From NCBI GenBank assembly GCA_047285535.1, contig JBJBDC010000001.1, positions 1,248,136 through 1,312,135 on the forward strand: 64,000 bases of DNA. Reading direction: 5' to 3'. The stretch comes from Synechococcus sp. Its GTDB lineage: Bacteria; Cyanobacteriota; Cyanobacteriia; PCC-6307; Cyanobiaceae. Both the position numbers and the translations under genes were made by a program. Positions 38,266 through 49,737 of this stretch are shown here, in pieces. Within the stretch, counting starts at the first letter, position 1; each line of letters starts with the position of its first letter. Under the pieces are notes generated by a model. It was not told the origin of the DNA, did no database searches, and saw nothing but the letters and a program-made list of their open reading frames with translations.

Positions 38266-39783
38266 TCAATACACCACAGCCTCCCCAGGAAGGGGCTTTC
38301 CTGCTTCCTGCAACTGAACGGAACGTCTCAACGATTCACCACAACTCTGAGGGGTTGGAAAAATCTTGCCTGGATTGGCTCTTCCTAGCGGATCAAACGC
38401 AAGTCGAACCCACTGCATGGTCCGCAGGTCTTCAGGGCCGAACATTTGATCGAGGTAGCAGCGCTTATCACTACCTACACCATGTTCCCCGCTGATGCTG
38501 CCGCCGACCTCGAGGCATAGATGCATGATCGCCCCACCGAGGGCCTTCACGCGTTCATTGACTCCCGGCTCAGAAGCTCGGTACAAAATCAGCGGATGAA
38601 GGTTTCCATCACCAGCGTGAAAAACATTCGCGACAACAAGTCCATGATCTGAGCTGAGCTGCTCGATGGCCTTGAGAACACGCGGTAGAGCAGTGCGTGG
38701 CACGACACCGTCTTGCAAGTAATAGCTGGGGCACTGCCTGCCAAGGGCTGAAATAGCGCTTTTACGGCCTTTCCAGAGACGGGCTCGATCCTCTTCACTC
38801 CAGGCTTCGCGAATGTCGCCCGACCCAGCGTCTCGGCAAAGTCCCTTGGCAACTATCACAGCTTCCTTAACCTCAGGTTGCTGACCATCAAGCTCAATAA
38901 GCAGCACAGCACCAGCGTCCGGCGGATACTCCTCTTCTCCAAAGGCCTCGTTCACAGCTTGAATGCAGGTTTGATCCATGATTTCCAGACCTGCTGGCAA
39001 CACACCAGCTCGGGTGATCAGCCGAACAGCCTCTCCAGCGGCCTGCATAGAAGGAAAATCTGCTAACAGCACGCCAACAGCGTCAGGGGCATGGAGCAAA
39101 CGCAATGTGATCGCCGTAGCAATTCCAAGCGTGCCCTCACTCCCGATAAAAACCCCTCGCAGATCAAGTTCAGCCGAATCACACAAGGAAGTACCCAGGC
39201 GAGTGGGTGTGCCATCCGGCAACACAACATCTAGAGCAAGAACATGATTGCTCGTGACGCCGTACTTCAAACAGTGAACACCGCCAGAGTTTTCCGCGAC
39301 ATTGCCACCGATGCTGCAGACCACCTGACTGGAGGGATCTGGAGCGTAATAAAAGCCATCACCAACGACAGCACGGCTGACCCAACTATTAATGACTCCT
39401 GGTTCCACTGTGATTGTCTGATTGTCCAGATCAATGTCGAGAATGCGCCGCATACGACTGGTCACGACAAGAAGTGCTTCTTGCTCCACCAACGCACCAC
39501 CTGACAGTCCAGTGCCGCTGCCGCGAGCGACGAAAGGAATGCCATGTCGATGGCAACACTTCAAAATGTTAACCACCTGATCAGGCGATTCCGGGAGCAC
39601 CGCGAGCTTCGGCATGTGCCTGTCCATCGTCAGACCGTCACAGTCGTAGGACAACAACTCCTGCCGCTTTGCAACAAGGGATTTGGAGGGCATGAACCCC
39701 CTCAATTCCCGCTCTAACGCTGACCAGTCGTATCGCACTGATGGCAATCGGGACTGAATCAACCTAAGCAATTTTGTCCTCAA
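38266..39783 (-). CDS. glcD: Glycolate oxidase subunit GlcD-like FAD-linked oxidase; true start probably slightly downstream
   Basis: RGSGTGLSGG, YAPDPSS, SGGVHCLKYG, GSEGTLG, FHAGDGNLHP, GEHGVG, NPGK. Confidence 0.9.
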   Translation of the reverse strand: MRTKLLRLIQSRLPSVRYDWSALERELRGFMPSKSLVAKRQELLSYDCDGLTMDRHMPKLAVLPESPDQVVNILKCCHRHGIPFVARGSGTGLSGGALVEQEALLVVTSRMRRILDIDLDNQTITVEPGVINSWVSRAVVGDGFYYAPDPSSQVVCSIGGNVAENSGGVHCLKYGVTSNHVLALDVVLPDGTPTRLGTSLCDSAELDLRGVFIGSEGTLGIATAITLRLLHAPDAVGVLLADFPSMQAAGEAVRLITRAGVLPAGLEIMDQTCIQAVNEAFGEEEYPPDAGAVLLIELDGQQPEVKEAVIVAKGLCRDAGSGDIREAWSEEDRARLWKGRKSAISALGRQCPSYYLQDGVVPRTALPRVLKAIEQLSSDHGLVVANVFHAGDGNLHPLILYRASEPGVNERVKALGGAIMHLCLEVGGSISGEHGVGSDKRCYLDQMFGPEDLRTMQWVRLAFDPLGRANPGKIFPTPQSCGESLRRSVQLQEAGKPLPGEAVVY

Positions 39784-39859
39784 TTCTCAGCCTTCACCTA
39801 CAGAAAAAACACATTGGGGCGATCTTGGGTCAAGATGTTGAACGGTTTGCAACTGCCCT

Positions 39860-41176
39860 TTGGCTCCCGTCCCCGTGACTGCTTCCAATCTGAACACCAG
39901 CCGCTCCCAGGCCATTTTCAGTGCTGCCAAGGCTCTGATGCCCGGTGGCGTCAGCTCACCGGTGCGTGCTTTCAAATCGGTTGGCGGACAACCAATCGTG
40001 TTTGATCGGGTCAAAGGCCCCTACGCATGGGATGTCGATGGCAATAAATATGTGGACTACATCGGCAGCTGGGGCCCAGCCATTTGCGGACACGCTCATC
40101 CAGAGGTCACGAGCGCCCTCCAAGAAGCCATTGAGAAGGGCACCAGTTTTGGCGCACCCTGCGCCTTAGAGAACACTCTTGCGGAAATGGTGATTGAGGC
40201 CGTCCCCAGCGTGGAGATGGTTCGCTTCGTCAATAGCGGCACAGAGGCTTGCATGTCGATGCTTCGCTTGATTAGAGCCTTCACAGGGCGAGACAAGATC
40301 ATCAAATTCGAGGGCTGTTATCACGGCCACGCCGACATGTTCCTCGTCAAAGCAGGCTCAGGAGTCGCGACACTTGGATTGCCTGATTCACCAGGTGTAC
40401 CGCGAAGTACTACCGCCAACACCTTGACGGCTCCTTACAACGACTTGGAATCGGTTAAGCAGCTCTTTGCTGAGAATCCCGATGCAATTGCAGGTGTAAT
40501 TCTGGAGCCGATTGTCGGTAACGCTGGATTTATCCAGCCCGAACCAGGCTTCCTTGAGGGTTTGCGTGAACTCACCAAGGAAAACGGCGCGCTTTTGGTA
40601 TTCGATGAAGTGATGACAGGATTCCGCATCAGCTACGGCGGAGCCCAAGGCCACTTTGGAGTCACTCCCGATCTAACCACAATGGGCAAAGTGATTGGAG
40701 GAGGTTTGCCAGTTGGCGCCTACGGCGGTCGCAAAGACATCATGGAAATGGTGGCTCCAGCAGGCCCGATGTATCAAGCAGGAACATTGAGTGGCAATCC
40801 TCTTGCCATGACGGCTGGAATCAAAACGCTGGAATTACTGCAACAACCAGGAACTTACGAAAAACTCACAGCAACCACCGATCGATTAATCCAGGGAATC
40901 CTGGATGCAGGTCGCGAAGCAGGACTTCCCATTACGGGGGGGAGCGTTGGAGCCATGTTCGGCTTTTTCCTGTGCGAAGGCCCAGTTCGCAATTTCGAAG
41001 AAGCAAAAGCGACAGATTCAGAGCGTTTCGGACAACTGCACCGAGCCATGCTTGAGCGCGGTGTATACCTTGCACCATCTGCCTTTGAAGCTGGCTTCAC
41101 CTCGCTTGCCCATTCCGATGAAGACATCGACACCACGATTAAGGCATTTCGCGAGAGTTTCGATGCAATCGCATAA
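39860..41176 (+). CDS. hemL: Glutamate-1-semialdehyde 2,1-aminomutase
   Basis: [56 protein letters not shown]. Confidence 0.98.
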   Translation: MAPVPVTASNLNTSRSQAIFSAAKALMPGGVSSPVRAFKSVGGQPIVFDRVKGPYAWDVDGNKYVDYIGSWGPAICGHAHPEVTSALQEAIEKGTSFGAPCALENTLAEMVIEAVPSVEMVRFVNSGTEACMSMLRLIRAFTGRDKIIKFEGCYHGHADMFLVKAGSGVATLGLPDSPGVPRSTTANTLTAPYNDLESVKQLFAENPDAIAGVILEPIVGNAGFIQPEPGFLEGLRELTKENGALLVFDEVMTGFRISYGGAQGHFGVTPDLTTMGKVIGGGLPVGAYGGRKDIMEMVAPAGPMYQAGTLSGNPLAMTAGIKTLELLQQPGTYEKLTATTDRLIQGILDAGREAGLPITGGSVGAMFGFFLCEGPVRNFEEAKATDSERFGQLHRAMLERGVYLAPSAFEAGFTSLAHSDEDIDTTIKAFRESFDAIA

Positions 41177-41178
41177 TT

Positions 41179-42417
41179 TTGATGATGGTGAAGGTTGCAC
41201 GCATTGCAACGTGCGTGTTCAAACTTGGGCTTGTGTTCTTCATGGGAACACAAGCCTCAGCCGGTGAATCTGGCGAACATCATCATCAATCCGACTGGAT
41301 TAATTTCAATCTTGAGTTAACAGCACAACCCATCGTAGGAATATCAGGGGGCAAAAAGCCATCATCCAGCAGTTGGTTTCAACAACTTACTGCTGGACTC
41401 ACTCTTGGAAGAGGCCTCAACAAAAAACCGAACACTTGGACAGAACTAGACCACTGGCAATTACAGGTGGAACTAAATCAATACACAGGCAATCCCTCTC
41501 TTAACGAACAACTTGGATCCGTATACCCACTTCAAGACCTGGTCATGCCAGTTGGAACATGGATTACCCAAGCGTCAATCGAACGAGTCCAGGGAACAAA
41601 CGAGATCGACTGGAGCATGCATGCCGGCGTGATCTCGATCGAAGACAATCTGTTAAACATACCAGCCTTAGATCATTACGTTAATTACAGCCTCGACACC
41701 CCATACAACATCTCCGTTGTCGGTCTTCCGATCAGTCCACTTGTAGCTCCAGGAGCACAGGTTGCACTCCACCATCACAATCTAGGAATCTTTGAATATG
41801 GATACTATTACTTAAACGAAACCAAGGAACTTGCCTCGGCGCTTGGAGTCAATCCTCAGATGCCTAATGTACAAGGGAGTCTTCATGTCTTTCAGTGGTC
41901 AAAAAATCCATTTCCCAAATACCATCGAACCACAAATCCAAATCAACGGCTTCCTGATCCCGCCATTGCGCTTGGCGGCTATATAAGCAATACAGAATTA
42001 GATATTCTCCCCAGTGAAAATCTGGGCGAGGGTATGAATACAGCAATCTACGGAGCTTTTACATGGCCAATATCACTGCCAATAGGACACGATAATCGCA
42101 TCTGGATATCCAGCAGCCTGAGCCTCAATCCAAGCAACAACCCTTTAACAAGTTATGCAGCAGGCGGATTACTAAGTCAAGGAATTTTACCCGGCCGTCC
42201 CTTAGATATACTTGCGCTGGGCTTCAATCGCAGCGGCTTTAGTCAACAGCTTAGCCCAAACAAAAGCTATGAAGGAGTCATTGAACTCAACTACACAATT
42301 CAAATATCCAAACGCCTACAAATACAACCCTTGATGCAATGGATCATCAATCCATCCGGAACTGGTTCATGGCCAACAATCTGGGCGACAGGAGCACAAT
42401 TAAACGTTTCACTTTAA
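41179..42417 (+). CDS. OprB-like carbohydrate-selective porin
   Basis: Signal peptide; G.LPGRP.D.LALG, E.VIELNY, IQP.MQWIINP and a terminal beta strand. Confidence 0.8.
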   Translation: MMMVKVARIATCVFKLGLVFFMGTQASAGESGEHHHQSDWINFNLELTAQPIVGISGGKKPSSSSWFQQLTAGLTLGRGLNKKPNTWTELDHWQLQVELNQYTGNPSLNEQLGSVYPLQDLVMPVGTWITQASIERVQGTNEIDWSMHAGVISIEDNLLNIPALDHYVNYSLDTPYNISVVGLPISPLVAPGAQVALHHHNLGIFEYGYYYLNETKELASALGVNPQMPNVQGSLHVFQWSKNPFPKYHRTTNPNQRLPDPAIALGGYISNTELDILPSENLGEGMNTAIYGAFTWPISLPIGHDNRIWISSSLSLNPSNNPLTSYAAGGLLSQGILPGRPLDILALGFNRSGFSQQLSPNKSYEGVIELNYTIQISKRLQIQPLMQWIINPSGTGSWPTIWATGAQLNVSL

Positions 42418-42423
42418 GGCAAA

Positions 42424-43380
42424 ATGAAATCATCACCCAAGAAAATGCGATCTAGATTGAGAAAGTCAGCTTGGATGTCGGCCACCATAAACACACTAAT
42501 CTTTTTATCACTTGGAAGCAAAGCATATAATGCATCGGCAGAGACAGTCACACTAATTCTAAGCAATGGAGACAAGATTCACGGCGTATTACTCAAAAAT
42601 GAAAGCAATGATCACAGAATTGTGATCGACCACCCCAGCCTCGGCAGACTAGAAATTCAATCAAGCGCGCTCAAAGCAACACCTAAGAAGAAACAATGGA
42701 CAGGAAACTTTTCAGCCGGAATCACTGGCTCAAATACCGATAAAGATCTTGAATTCGACAGTACATCACTATTCAATATACAATTCAAGAATGAGTTGAA
42801 CTTGTTGTCATTCAGAGCCAACACAGCATACGGGTTTTCAAAAAGTGCAGGCCAGGACAAAGGCTCAACAGATACCAATCAAGGGCAGCTTCACCTTCGT
42901 TATGCTCACACACTATCAGGCAAATTGAATGCTTATGCATCCAATACCTATGAATATGACACACTCAACCGAACAGGCACAAACAATCTTGTCAATTCGA
43001 TTGGCCTTGGATATGACTTAATCAAAACAGATACAACAACTCTCAACATATCCGCAGGACCTTCTTCGCAGAGCATCTGGGGAGGGAAAGGTTGCAGCGC
43101 TGACCAATACTGCGGCAACACATATGCGGCAAGCAGCGCAAGACTAAGCCTAGATTGGAAACCCAATAGCTACTTTAATCTATCACTCAGCAATCAATTT
43201 ACAGGTGCCTATTCAGAAGGATTATCTCCAAGCAACAATTTCTCAGGGACGATAAAGATATATCCATTGGGTGATAATAAAATTTTTACTTCTCTCAATG
43301 GACAGCTCATCTACAATTCTCTAACTACACCACAAATCGACAACAGTTTTTCGCTACAACTCGGAACTGAACTGTTCTAA
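42424..43380 (+). CDS. DUF481-like outer membrane beta-barrel protein
   Basis: L.L.NGD.I.G N-domain, W.GNFSAG..GSN, GLGYDL, C-terminal Phe. Confidence 0.7.
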   Translation: MKSSPKKMRSRLRKSAWMSATINTLIFLSLGSKAYNASAETVTLILSNGDKIHGVLLKNESNDHRIVIDHPSLGRLEIQSSALKATPKKKQWTGNFSAGITGSNTDKDLEFDSTSLFNIQFKNELNLLSFRANTAYGFSKSAGQDKGSTDTNQGQLHLRYAHTLSGKLNAYASNTYEYDTLNRTGTNNLVNSIGLGYDLIKTDTTTLNISAGPSSQSIWGGKGCSADQYCGNTYAASSARLSLDWKPNSYFNLSLSNQFTGAYSEGLSPSNNFSGTIKIYPLGDNKIFTSLNGQLIYNSLTTPQIDNSFSLQLGTELF

Positions 43381-43658
43381 GCGAGCTGCATACTCGCATT
43401 ATTCAAACTCCAAGGGCAACACTTCAAACAATCTTAGACCTAAGAACAAGATTCATTGAACGAACATTAATTGCAAGCGATAATTCAAAACCATTCAGAA
43501 GTCTTGTGCCACTATGTATCGTATTAACAAAAAACAGGCGTTTCACGTCAAAGCAATGGCGACGCAATGACACGCTCGAATGCACTGAATGCTAAGACTT
43601 GATCCCAAAAGGACATAGCTCAAAGGAAAAGACATCAGAAAAATTGGCGAGCTGCGAA

Positions 43659-44153
43659 TCAACGGTAATTCTCAAACTGAAAGGGAATATCAAATTCTTC
43701 CTCTTTGCTTTTGACCAATTGAATCGCAGTCTGAAGATCATCTTTACTCTTACCGGTAATACGAAGACTTTCTCCTTGAATTGCGACAGTAACTTTCTTC
43801 AATTCGTCGCGAATGATCTTACTCAGCTTCTTCGCGACCTCTTGACTCAGCCCCTTACGCAACATGATCACCTGCTTAATGCGATTTCCTCCTACAGATT
43901 CAGGCTTTTGGAAATCAAAAATTTTAAGAGACAGATCTCGTTTTGTAGCTTTGGCCCTCAAGATATCCTCTACGGCCTGCAATGTCATATCACTAGCGGT
44001 CGTAATCACAACTTCAGTGTCCGAAAGATCAATTGCTGTGCCTGAATCCTTCAGGTCATAGCGGTTACCGACATCGCGACGAACCTGATCAAGCGTGTTG
44101 ACCAGCTCCTGACGGTCGAAATCAGAAACCAGATCAAAGGAATATGACGCCAT
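43659..44153 (-). CDS. yajQ: YajQ-family cyclic di-GMP/nucleotide-binding protein
   Basis: SFDLVS.FDRQEL.N, RYDLK, IQGESLRITGKSKDDLQ, QFENYR. Confidence 0.96.
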   Translation of the reverse strand: MASYSFDLVSDFDRQELVNTLDQVRRDVGNRYDLKDSGTAIDLSDTEVVITTASDMTLQAVEDILRAKATKRDLSLKIFDFQKPESVGGNRIKQVIMLRKGLSQEVAKKLSKIIRDELKKVTVAIQGESLRITGKSKDDLQTAIQLVKSKEEEFDIPFQFENYR

Positions 44154-44502
44154 AGCGGTGGGCTGTTGTTGAGTACAGGTCTTTGCTTAACTTACTCATT
44201 TTGAGCGGTTGCGGCAGGGGCAAAAAATGAGGATCACCACAGATGCTGGTGGTGGTTAGAAAAATTTTCAAGCCAACATCATGGTTCTAACCATGATGGC
44301 TTTATTGCGCAATAACTCACAATCCAATCATAGGACAGGCATAGGTCACAACTGTTTGACAATGCAATATCAAAAAGGTGACCTGAGGCTGCCAGGAGAC
44401 TCTTCCAATGATAAATTATTAACAATATTAATCTCGAAGCTGTATCTGAACCAAAACGTAATTCCACCAACATCAACTTCTCACCACGGAGATAGTATCA
44501 AA

Positions 44503-44748
44503 ATGACATCGTCACCACTTGCTACAGCCGACTTCATTGCTAATGAAATCGAAAAACTGGCTGACCTACTCAGACCAGAGGTGATTCGAGCAGCTCGGGC
44601 CGAAGAAGAAGGGCGCAAAAATCTCGACCGAATTGAATATGCTCTTGGCACAATTGGAAAGGCTCTCATCCTTACTGATTACAGCGTAGACGAGCAAAAA
44701 GACCTGGACAAGCTTGAAGAATTCAGAGAACTACATGGCAGGAAATGA
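44503..44748 (+). CDS. Hypothetical protein (81 aa)
   Basis: ATG at 44503 preceded by ggaga; the C-terminal half of the tracked 155-aa ORF is the protein-like part. Confidence 0.65.
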   Translation: MTSSPLATADFIANEIEKLADLLRPEVIRAARAEEEGRKNLDRIEYALGTIGKALILTDYSVDEQKDLDKLEEFRELHGRK

Positions 44749-45048
44749 TCGATATGCAAGTGTAAACCATGTCATTGAAGCCAAAGGTACACTCAAAACC
44801 AGAAGACAATCCCGATTTCACCATCTCTAGATATTCCCAAATCAATTGAATCAATAATAGAGCTGGGCGAATTTACTTTTACCAGGACTAGGATTTGCCA
44901 GAAAACAACGATTGGCCAGAAATACGGATCAAATCAAGTCATTTGATTAATACCAATTATGCAGAAATCTATCTTACAGCCTCAACAAGTAGGCTACAAA
45001 CTCTTCAACTTGGTGGCACGATTCAATACTGCAGAGCATATCAATTCG

Positions 45049-45393
45049 CTAAAAGTCATGCTTTTCCCCCTCAACAACCATCGTCACTAATAGAGGCCAA
45101 TACCGATAGCTCGCTCGAATCAAAAGAGCCCAAGTTAGCCACAGCAGCCAAAAATTAATGCTGTCATCAATCGCTTGACGACAATCCAGCCGCAACGCCT
45201 TTGCCGTAGCGACTGCAACTTGTTCTTGCGCAAAGGCATCCACGGCCAAACACACCTTGGTTGCAGGAAGACGAAACAACTCTGCGGAGAGCCAAGCAGG
45301 CGCCAAAGCGACCGGAATCGCAACTAACCATCGTCCAACAAATCGCTCTAAGGAACGACTCGGCACTATGCGTCTCGGCTTAGATGAGGGCAT
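45049..45393 (-). CDS. Hypothetical membrane protein
   Basis: Two hydrophobic segments flanking a loop with two Cys. Confidence 0.55.
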   Translation of the reverse strand: MPSSKPRRIVPSRSLERFVGRWLVAIPVALAPAWLSAELFRLPATKVCLAVDAFAQEQVAVATAKALRLDCRQAIDDSINFWLLWLTWALLIRASYRYWPLLVTMVVEGEKHDF

Positions 45394-46076
45394 CGAACGC
45401 CAATCCAGACCTGCACTGTGCTGAAATTAGAAACAACTGGCCTTCAAGACCAGCGTATTGACATCAAGTGAAAGCTTCTCCATGATTCGATCATCAAGAA
45501 ACAGTCAAGACAGCACCTAAAGGACTTGGCAACATACGAGAAGCTTCACGAAGATCAGGTTGCTTCAGGAACAAAGCATTGGCATTGACTGCAGACAACT
45601 CAATTGAGACTTTAGAAACAGCGAAGTTGATGTCTTCCCCCAAGCTTGATTAAAAACACAATGCATGAAGTGACTATCCCCACTGCCAGTAGACCGGCAA
45701 ATGTCGTCGAATCATCTTCATGAGTTTCGAAAATGCATACATCTCAAGAGACGGCACGCCCTAGTGGCTAAAATCCAAGAGATCGATCTTAATGTACCTC
45801 ATTTTATACTCTTAAAGAATAGTTCTGCGATGAGCTGGAGTTGCTTCATTGAAAGCGCTAACACAACCACCAGAATGAGCAAAATAACAATCCAGCGCAT
45901 AGATCAAGAAATTCATTTTCAAGACACAAGACAACAAATAGTATCAATCTTTTTTCATTCATACAGATGCCAAACGAAGCATGCTTAAAACTGAAATTCG
46001 ACCTAACGATATTTGCAACAGCAATATCAATTGCATCAAAGAATGTCAAAAAAGAAACTACGATTTTTGCTGATAT

Positions 46077-46313
46077 TTACTTTTTGCGTTTAAATGTATA
46101 GCAACCACCGTGATAACCCGTAAATGGCTGCGCATAAGTAATGAGTTCCCATCCCTGTTCTCCCAGCTCATTCATCAAACCCACCAATGTCACATCGCGC
46201 TGGGGATGCCTCCTAGAGATCAACTGATTTTCATCAAGCCAAAGCTCTTCGATTTCTCCAGTCCACGACTTTCCTTTCGGAACAAAACGCAATTGCGTGT
46301 ATTCCCACGTCAT
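46077..46313 (-). CDS. Small hypothetical protein (DUF4177-like)
   Basis: WEY..., MNELGEQGWEL and FKR pattern; cctcc (RBS on the minus strand) not required but ATG start is clear. Confidence 0.7.
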   Translation of the reverse strand: MTWEYTQLRFVPKGKSWTGEIEELWLDENQLISRRHPQRDVTLVGLMNELGEQGWELITYAQPFTGYHGGCYTFKRKK

Positions 46314-46426
46314 GGAGGTCAGCCTTCTGCGTTTCGACTTTAAAGCAAGCCCAGGGCCTCTTTAGCCTGAGAGGCACAACCCCATCAAAACTCCCCTCCT
46401 CAACAGAAGAAGAAGATCAAACCAGC

Positions 46427-46469
46427 ATGACCCCAATGGCCTTTTTACAGCAAAGGCCATTGGGGTCAT
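46427..46469. repeat. Perfect 18-bp inverted repeat (terminator or structured RNA)
   Basis: atgaccccaatggccttt-ttacagc-aaaggccattggggtcat. Confidence 0.85.
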
Positions 46470-46587
46470 TACTCCAAGATGCGCTCTTCTCCCAAAAAAC
46501 AAGCACCAAAACATTTGGCGCTCCGATCTCAGATCAAGATCTGCCCACAAAGAAGGGTTGAGCGATAGTCGCCCAAAGGATCAACCC

Positions 46588-46680
46588 TCAGCCAACGACA
46601 AACACGGCTGCAAGGAAGACAACGGAAATTGCAGCTAAGAAGCTACCGATACCAGCAGCTTGAATCCAGTTTGGGCTCAT
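46588..46680 (-). CDS. Possible 30-aa single-TM peptide
   Basis: MSPNWIQAAGIGSFLAAISVVFLAAVFVVG preceded by ggaga at RBS spacing. Confidence 0.45.
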   Translation of the reverse strand: MSPNWIQAAGIGSFLAAISVVFLAAVFVVG

Positions 46681-47359
46681 CAAGTCTCCTCAACACTCAT
46701 GGTCTGGCTCAACCCAAGCCCTTGGATCAAGGTCTGTTGTGAAACGGAGACAACCGAGCAGAAGCGGAGGCAAGAGAGATGGCCCGTCCTCAAAAGAACA
46801 GATAGCCCAGCACGCTCAGCAAAGGATCTCGCGAATCAAGGCAATAAGAACGGAGGAGAGCATCCGGGGCCTCGAAGCAAAAACCATGGAACTGAATGGG
46901 GGCTTAACAGCAGATAGGCCCTAAAGCTGCGGCCTAGCCCCCAGGCGAAAATTCCGGGAAACTTTAAAACAAATGCGTTGCAAGACGGGCCGTTCTTACT
47001 CCCCCTCTGAGTTGGTACTTCTAGCGGAGAGAGCAAATCTTCCGTCTGATCCCTAGATTTCATGCTCAGGAATACTGATTGTCATGCGAGCAAAATATTC
47101 GAGGTACCAAACATCAAACAGATTGGGAGCATGCATTGACGTATTCTGATGCCATCCTCCAATTCCAACACAATAAAGTCACAAGAGAAAATGCTTGATA
47201 TATTGATTGCAAAAGCCTAATTTGATCTCTTCGCATTAAAAAAGTTGACCAAGATCGTTGTTTAATCAACAGCGAGCATCGATTGACATAATAAAAAGCG
47301 TGATGAGCGACTGCCCTTCTATCAATCCTTAAAATGCAACGATGAAAGAGATCCCTCTA

Positions 47360-47563
47360 TCAGATTAAATCTAGAGCTTGAAGTACTTTTAAGCGTATCC
47401 CTCCAAGTCTGGACCAAGCTTGTAAAGCATCAGCCTTGGATGTATATGGCCTCCAATCATTTTCCATCATCCTTCGCTGCATATGGAAAGCAACTCGTCG
47501 TGCAACAGCCCTGTCTCCAGGTACATTGAGATGAATCACCCTACCATTTACCTCAAAATCCAT
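47360..47563 (-). CDS. Small conserved hypothetical protein (67 aa)
   Basis: Strong ggggggagg RBS upstream; DWRPY.SK.DAL.AW.RLGGIR. Confidence 0.65.
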   Translation of the reverse strand: MDFEVNGRVIHLNVPGDRAVARRVAFHMQRRMMENDWRPYTSKADALQAWSRLGGIRLKVLQALDLI

Positions 47564-48360
47564 ACCAATACGCTAAGCCTCCCCCCAATCAAGCAATATA
47601 ATAAAAACCATTTTACCCAATCTCTCAAGGGATTGGGTATTGAATCCTTGATACGCTTATAAAAAGTGCGAATCAAAGCTTGTCGACAGTAACTAATCAT
47701 CGAAAAAACATGAACAAGCTTTCGCCCCAAGACTGTGGGAAATGAAGTTTTGCTTATCCAGCAAACAGCAAGAATTTGTCCATTGTCGGGAGGACGCTCA
47801 AAATTCAAGCCTGCTCTGTACTATTTCAGAGGTTTGCGCTATGGGGCTTACTCAGGCATTGACGAAGCGCAGTACTGTCTAGCCTCTATTGCTGACTACA
47901 ACACACCTCCATGATTCAACCCCAATCAACTTCGAAACAGCTATGATTTGCGTTACTTAATCATCGCTTCAGAGGTAGATCAAGTAAATCAAAACGATCT
48001 CTTGACCCAGGCTTACCGCTTGATGAAATAAAATTGATCATGACCTGTTATTAGAAAAATTAGGGGCTAAATATTACTTAAGCCAGTAACTCTTTAAACC
48101 AAGCAAGGCGATGTAGTTTCACTCTTAGGGCATCAGTCATAGGTGAAAGCATGGTCTCTCGGTCCTGTTGCCGAGTTTCAGCGAAGAAGTCAGAGCGATC
48201 ATGTATTCAAGCGAAAGCAGCTTAGATCAGACAAATGAATTCCCAGGACTAGTCGCATCAAAGTGAAGGGCAAAGCTCTGAAAGAGGCTGTGAGAGTTCA
48301 TCGAATTGCTCGCCGATAGAAACAGGATCAAAGTGCAGTGAGACTGCTCCATGAACTGGC

Positions 48361-49737
48361 ATGAACACCCCACTCGACATCGCCGATGCAACGGTGCCTA
48401 TGAAGAGAAGGGTGATGCTTGCTTACGGCGTCGGAGACAGCGGAACAGGCATGGCCTCCGCTCTTGTGGGCTTCTACTTATTTGTTTTCTACACGGCCGT
48501 AGCGGGTTTACCCGCTTGGCTCGCGGGAAGCGTTCTGATGGTTGTACGCCTATGGGACGTCGTCAGTGATCAGATCATCGGCTGGCTAGGAGATCGCACG
48601 AGCAGTCGAATGGGTCCACGCATTCCTTGGATGTTGGCGTCAGCAGTCCCGTTGGGTATCTCAATGACACTGATGTGGTGGGTTCCACCGTTCCCTGATC
48701 CGTGGCAATTTGTTTGGTTCGTGCTGATTGCCAGCGTTTTTCAAGCCGCCTACTCAGGAGTGAATCTGCCCTACGCGGCACTCGCCACGGAGCTGACGAC
48801 TGATGTGCAGCTGCGAACCCGCCTCAACAGCGCTCGTTTCACTGGTTCAGTTCTGGCCAGTTTGCTCGGCCTCTTATTAGGAGCGGCACTGAGCCATCAG
48901 GGTCAGGATGGATATCTGAAGATTGGACTTGTCGGTGGGCTGATCCTCATTGGAGGAAGCCTCATCAGTGCTGTTGGTCTGGCACCGGCCGCTGCTCGCT
49001 GTCAACGACCTGGCCTGGAAATCAGTCCACTGCTACCTCAACTAAGAAGGCTCTGCCGCAATGGGCTGTTCCTGCGCGTGGTCTCGATGTACCTGCTGAT
49101 GTGGGGTGCACTGCAGCTAATGCAGCCTGTGGCGATTATCTATTTATCCGATGCTCTTCACCTACCGGATCAGTGGAGCAAGGCATTACTCATTCCCTTT
49201 CAGGTGAGTGCCATGGTCGGCATCTGGATCTGGAATCAGGTGTCTTTTTACAAAACTCGTCTTCTTTCTCTGCAAATCGGCGGGAGCGCCTGGATGGTTC
49301 TCTGTCTGATCACAATGGTGTTACCTGCCCTACCAGTGTGGGGCAATGCTCTGGCAGCTAACAATCGAGCTCAGCTGATTGCACTGATGATCACATTGAT
49401 CTTATTGGGTATTAGTGCATCAACAGCCTATCTACTGCCTTGGGCGTTTCTACCTGACGCCGTGGATGCAGAGCAGGACCATCCAGCGGGTCTGATCACC
49501 GCCTTTATGGCCCAAATCCAAAAACTCGGAAGCGCTGCCTCGGTGTTTCTGCTCGGCCTCGTGCTGAGCTGGAGTGGCTACCAGGCAAATCTCGGCGCAC
49601 AGCAACCAGAGAGCGCTGTCGCCATGATCAGATTAAGCATGGGCCTATTTCCAGCACTAATGGTGCTGCTCTGTCTGTGGATCATGAGGGACTGGAACAG
49701 AGTGCGTCAACGTGTGCTAAGAAGAGAGCCAGCGTAA
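48361..49737 (+). CDS. GPH/MelB-family sugar:cation symporter (MFS)
   Basis: MLAYGVGD.G, WD...D.IIG...DRT.SR.GPR.PW, NLPYAALATELT.D...RT.L; about 12 TM. Confidence 0.9.
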   Translation: MNTPLDIADATVPMKRRVMLAYGVGDSGTGMASALVGFYLFVFYTAVAGLPAWLAGSVLMVVRLWDVVSDQIIGWLGDRTSSRMGPRIPWMLASAVPLGISMTLMWWVPPFPDPWQFVWFVLIASVFQAAYSGVNLPYAALATELTTDVQLRTRLNSARFTGSVLASLLGLLLGAALSHQGQDGYLKIGLVGGLILIGGSLISAVGLAPAAARCQRPGLEISPLLPQLRRLCRNGLFLRVVSMYLLMWGALQLMQPVAIIYLSDALHLPDQWSKALLIPFQVSAMVGIWIWNQVSFYKTRLLSLQIGGSAWMVLCLITMVLPALPVWGNALAANNRAQLIALMITLILLGISASTAYLLPWAFLPDAVDAEQDHPAGLITAFMAQIQKLGSAASVFLLGLVLSWSGYQANLGAQQPESAVAMIRLSMGLFPALMVLLCLWIMRDWNRVRQRVLRREPA

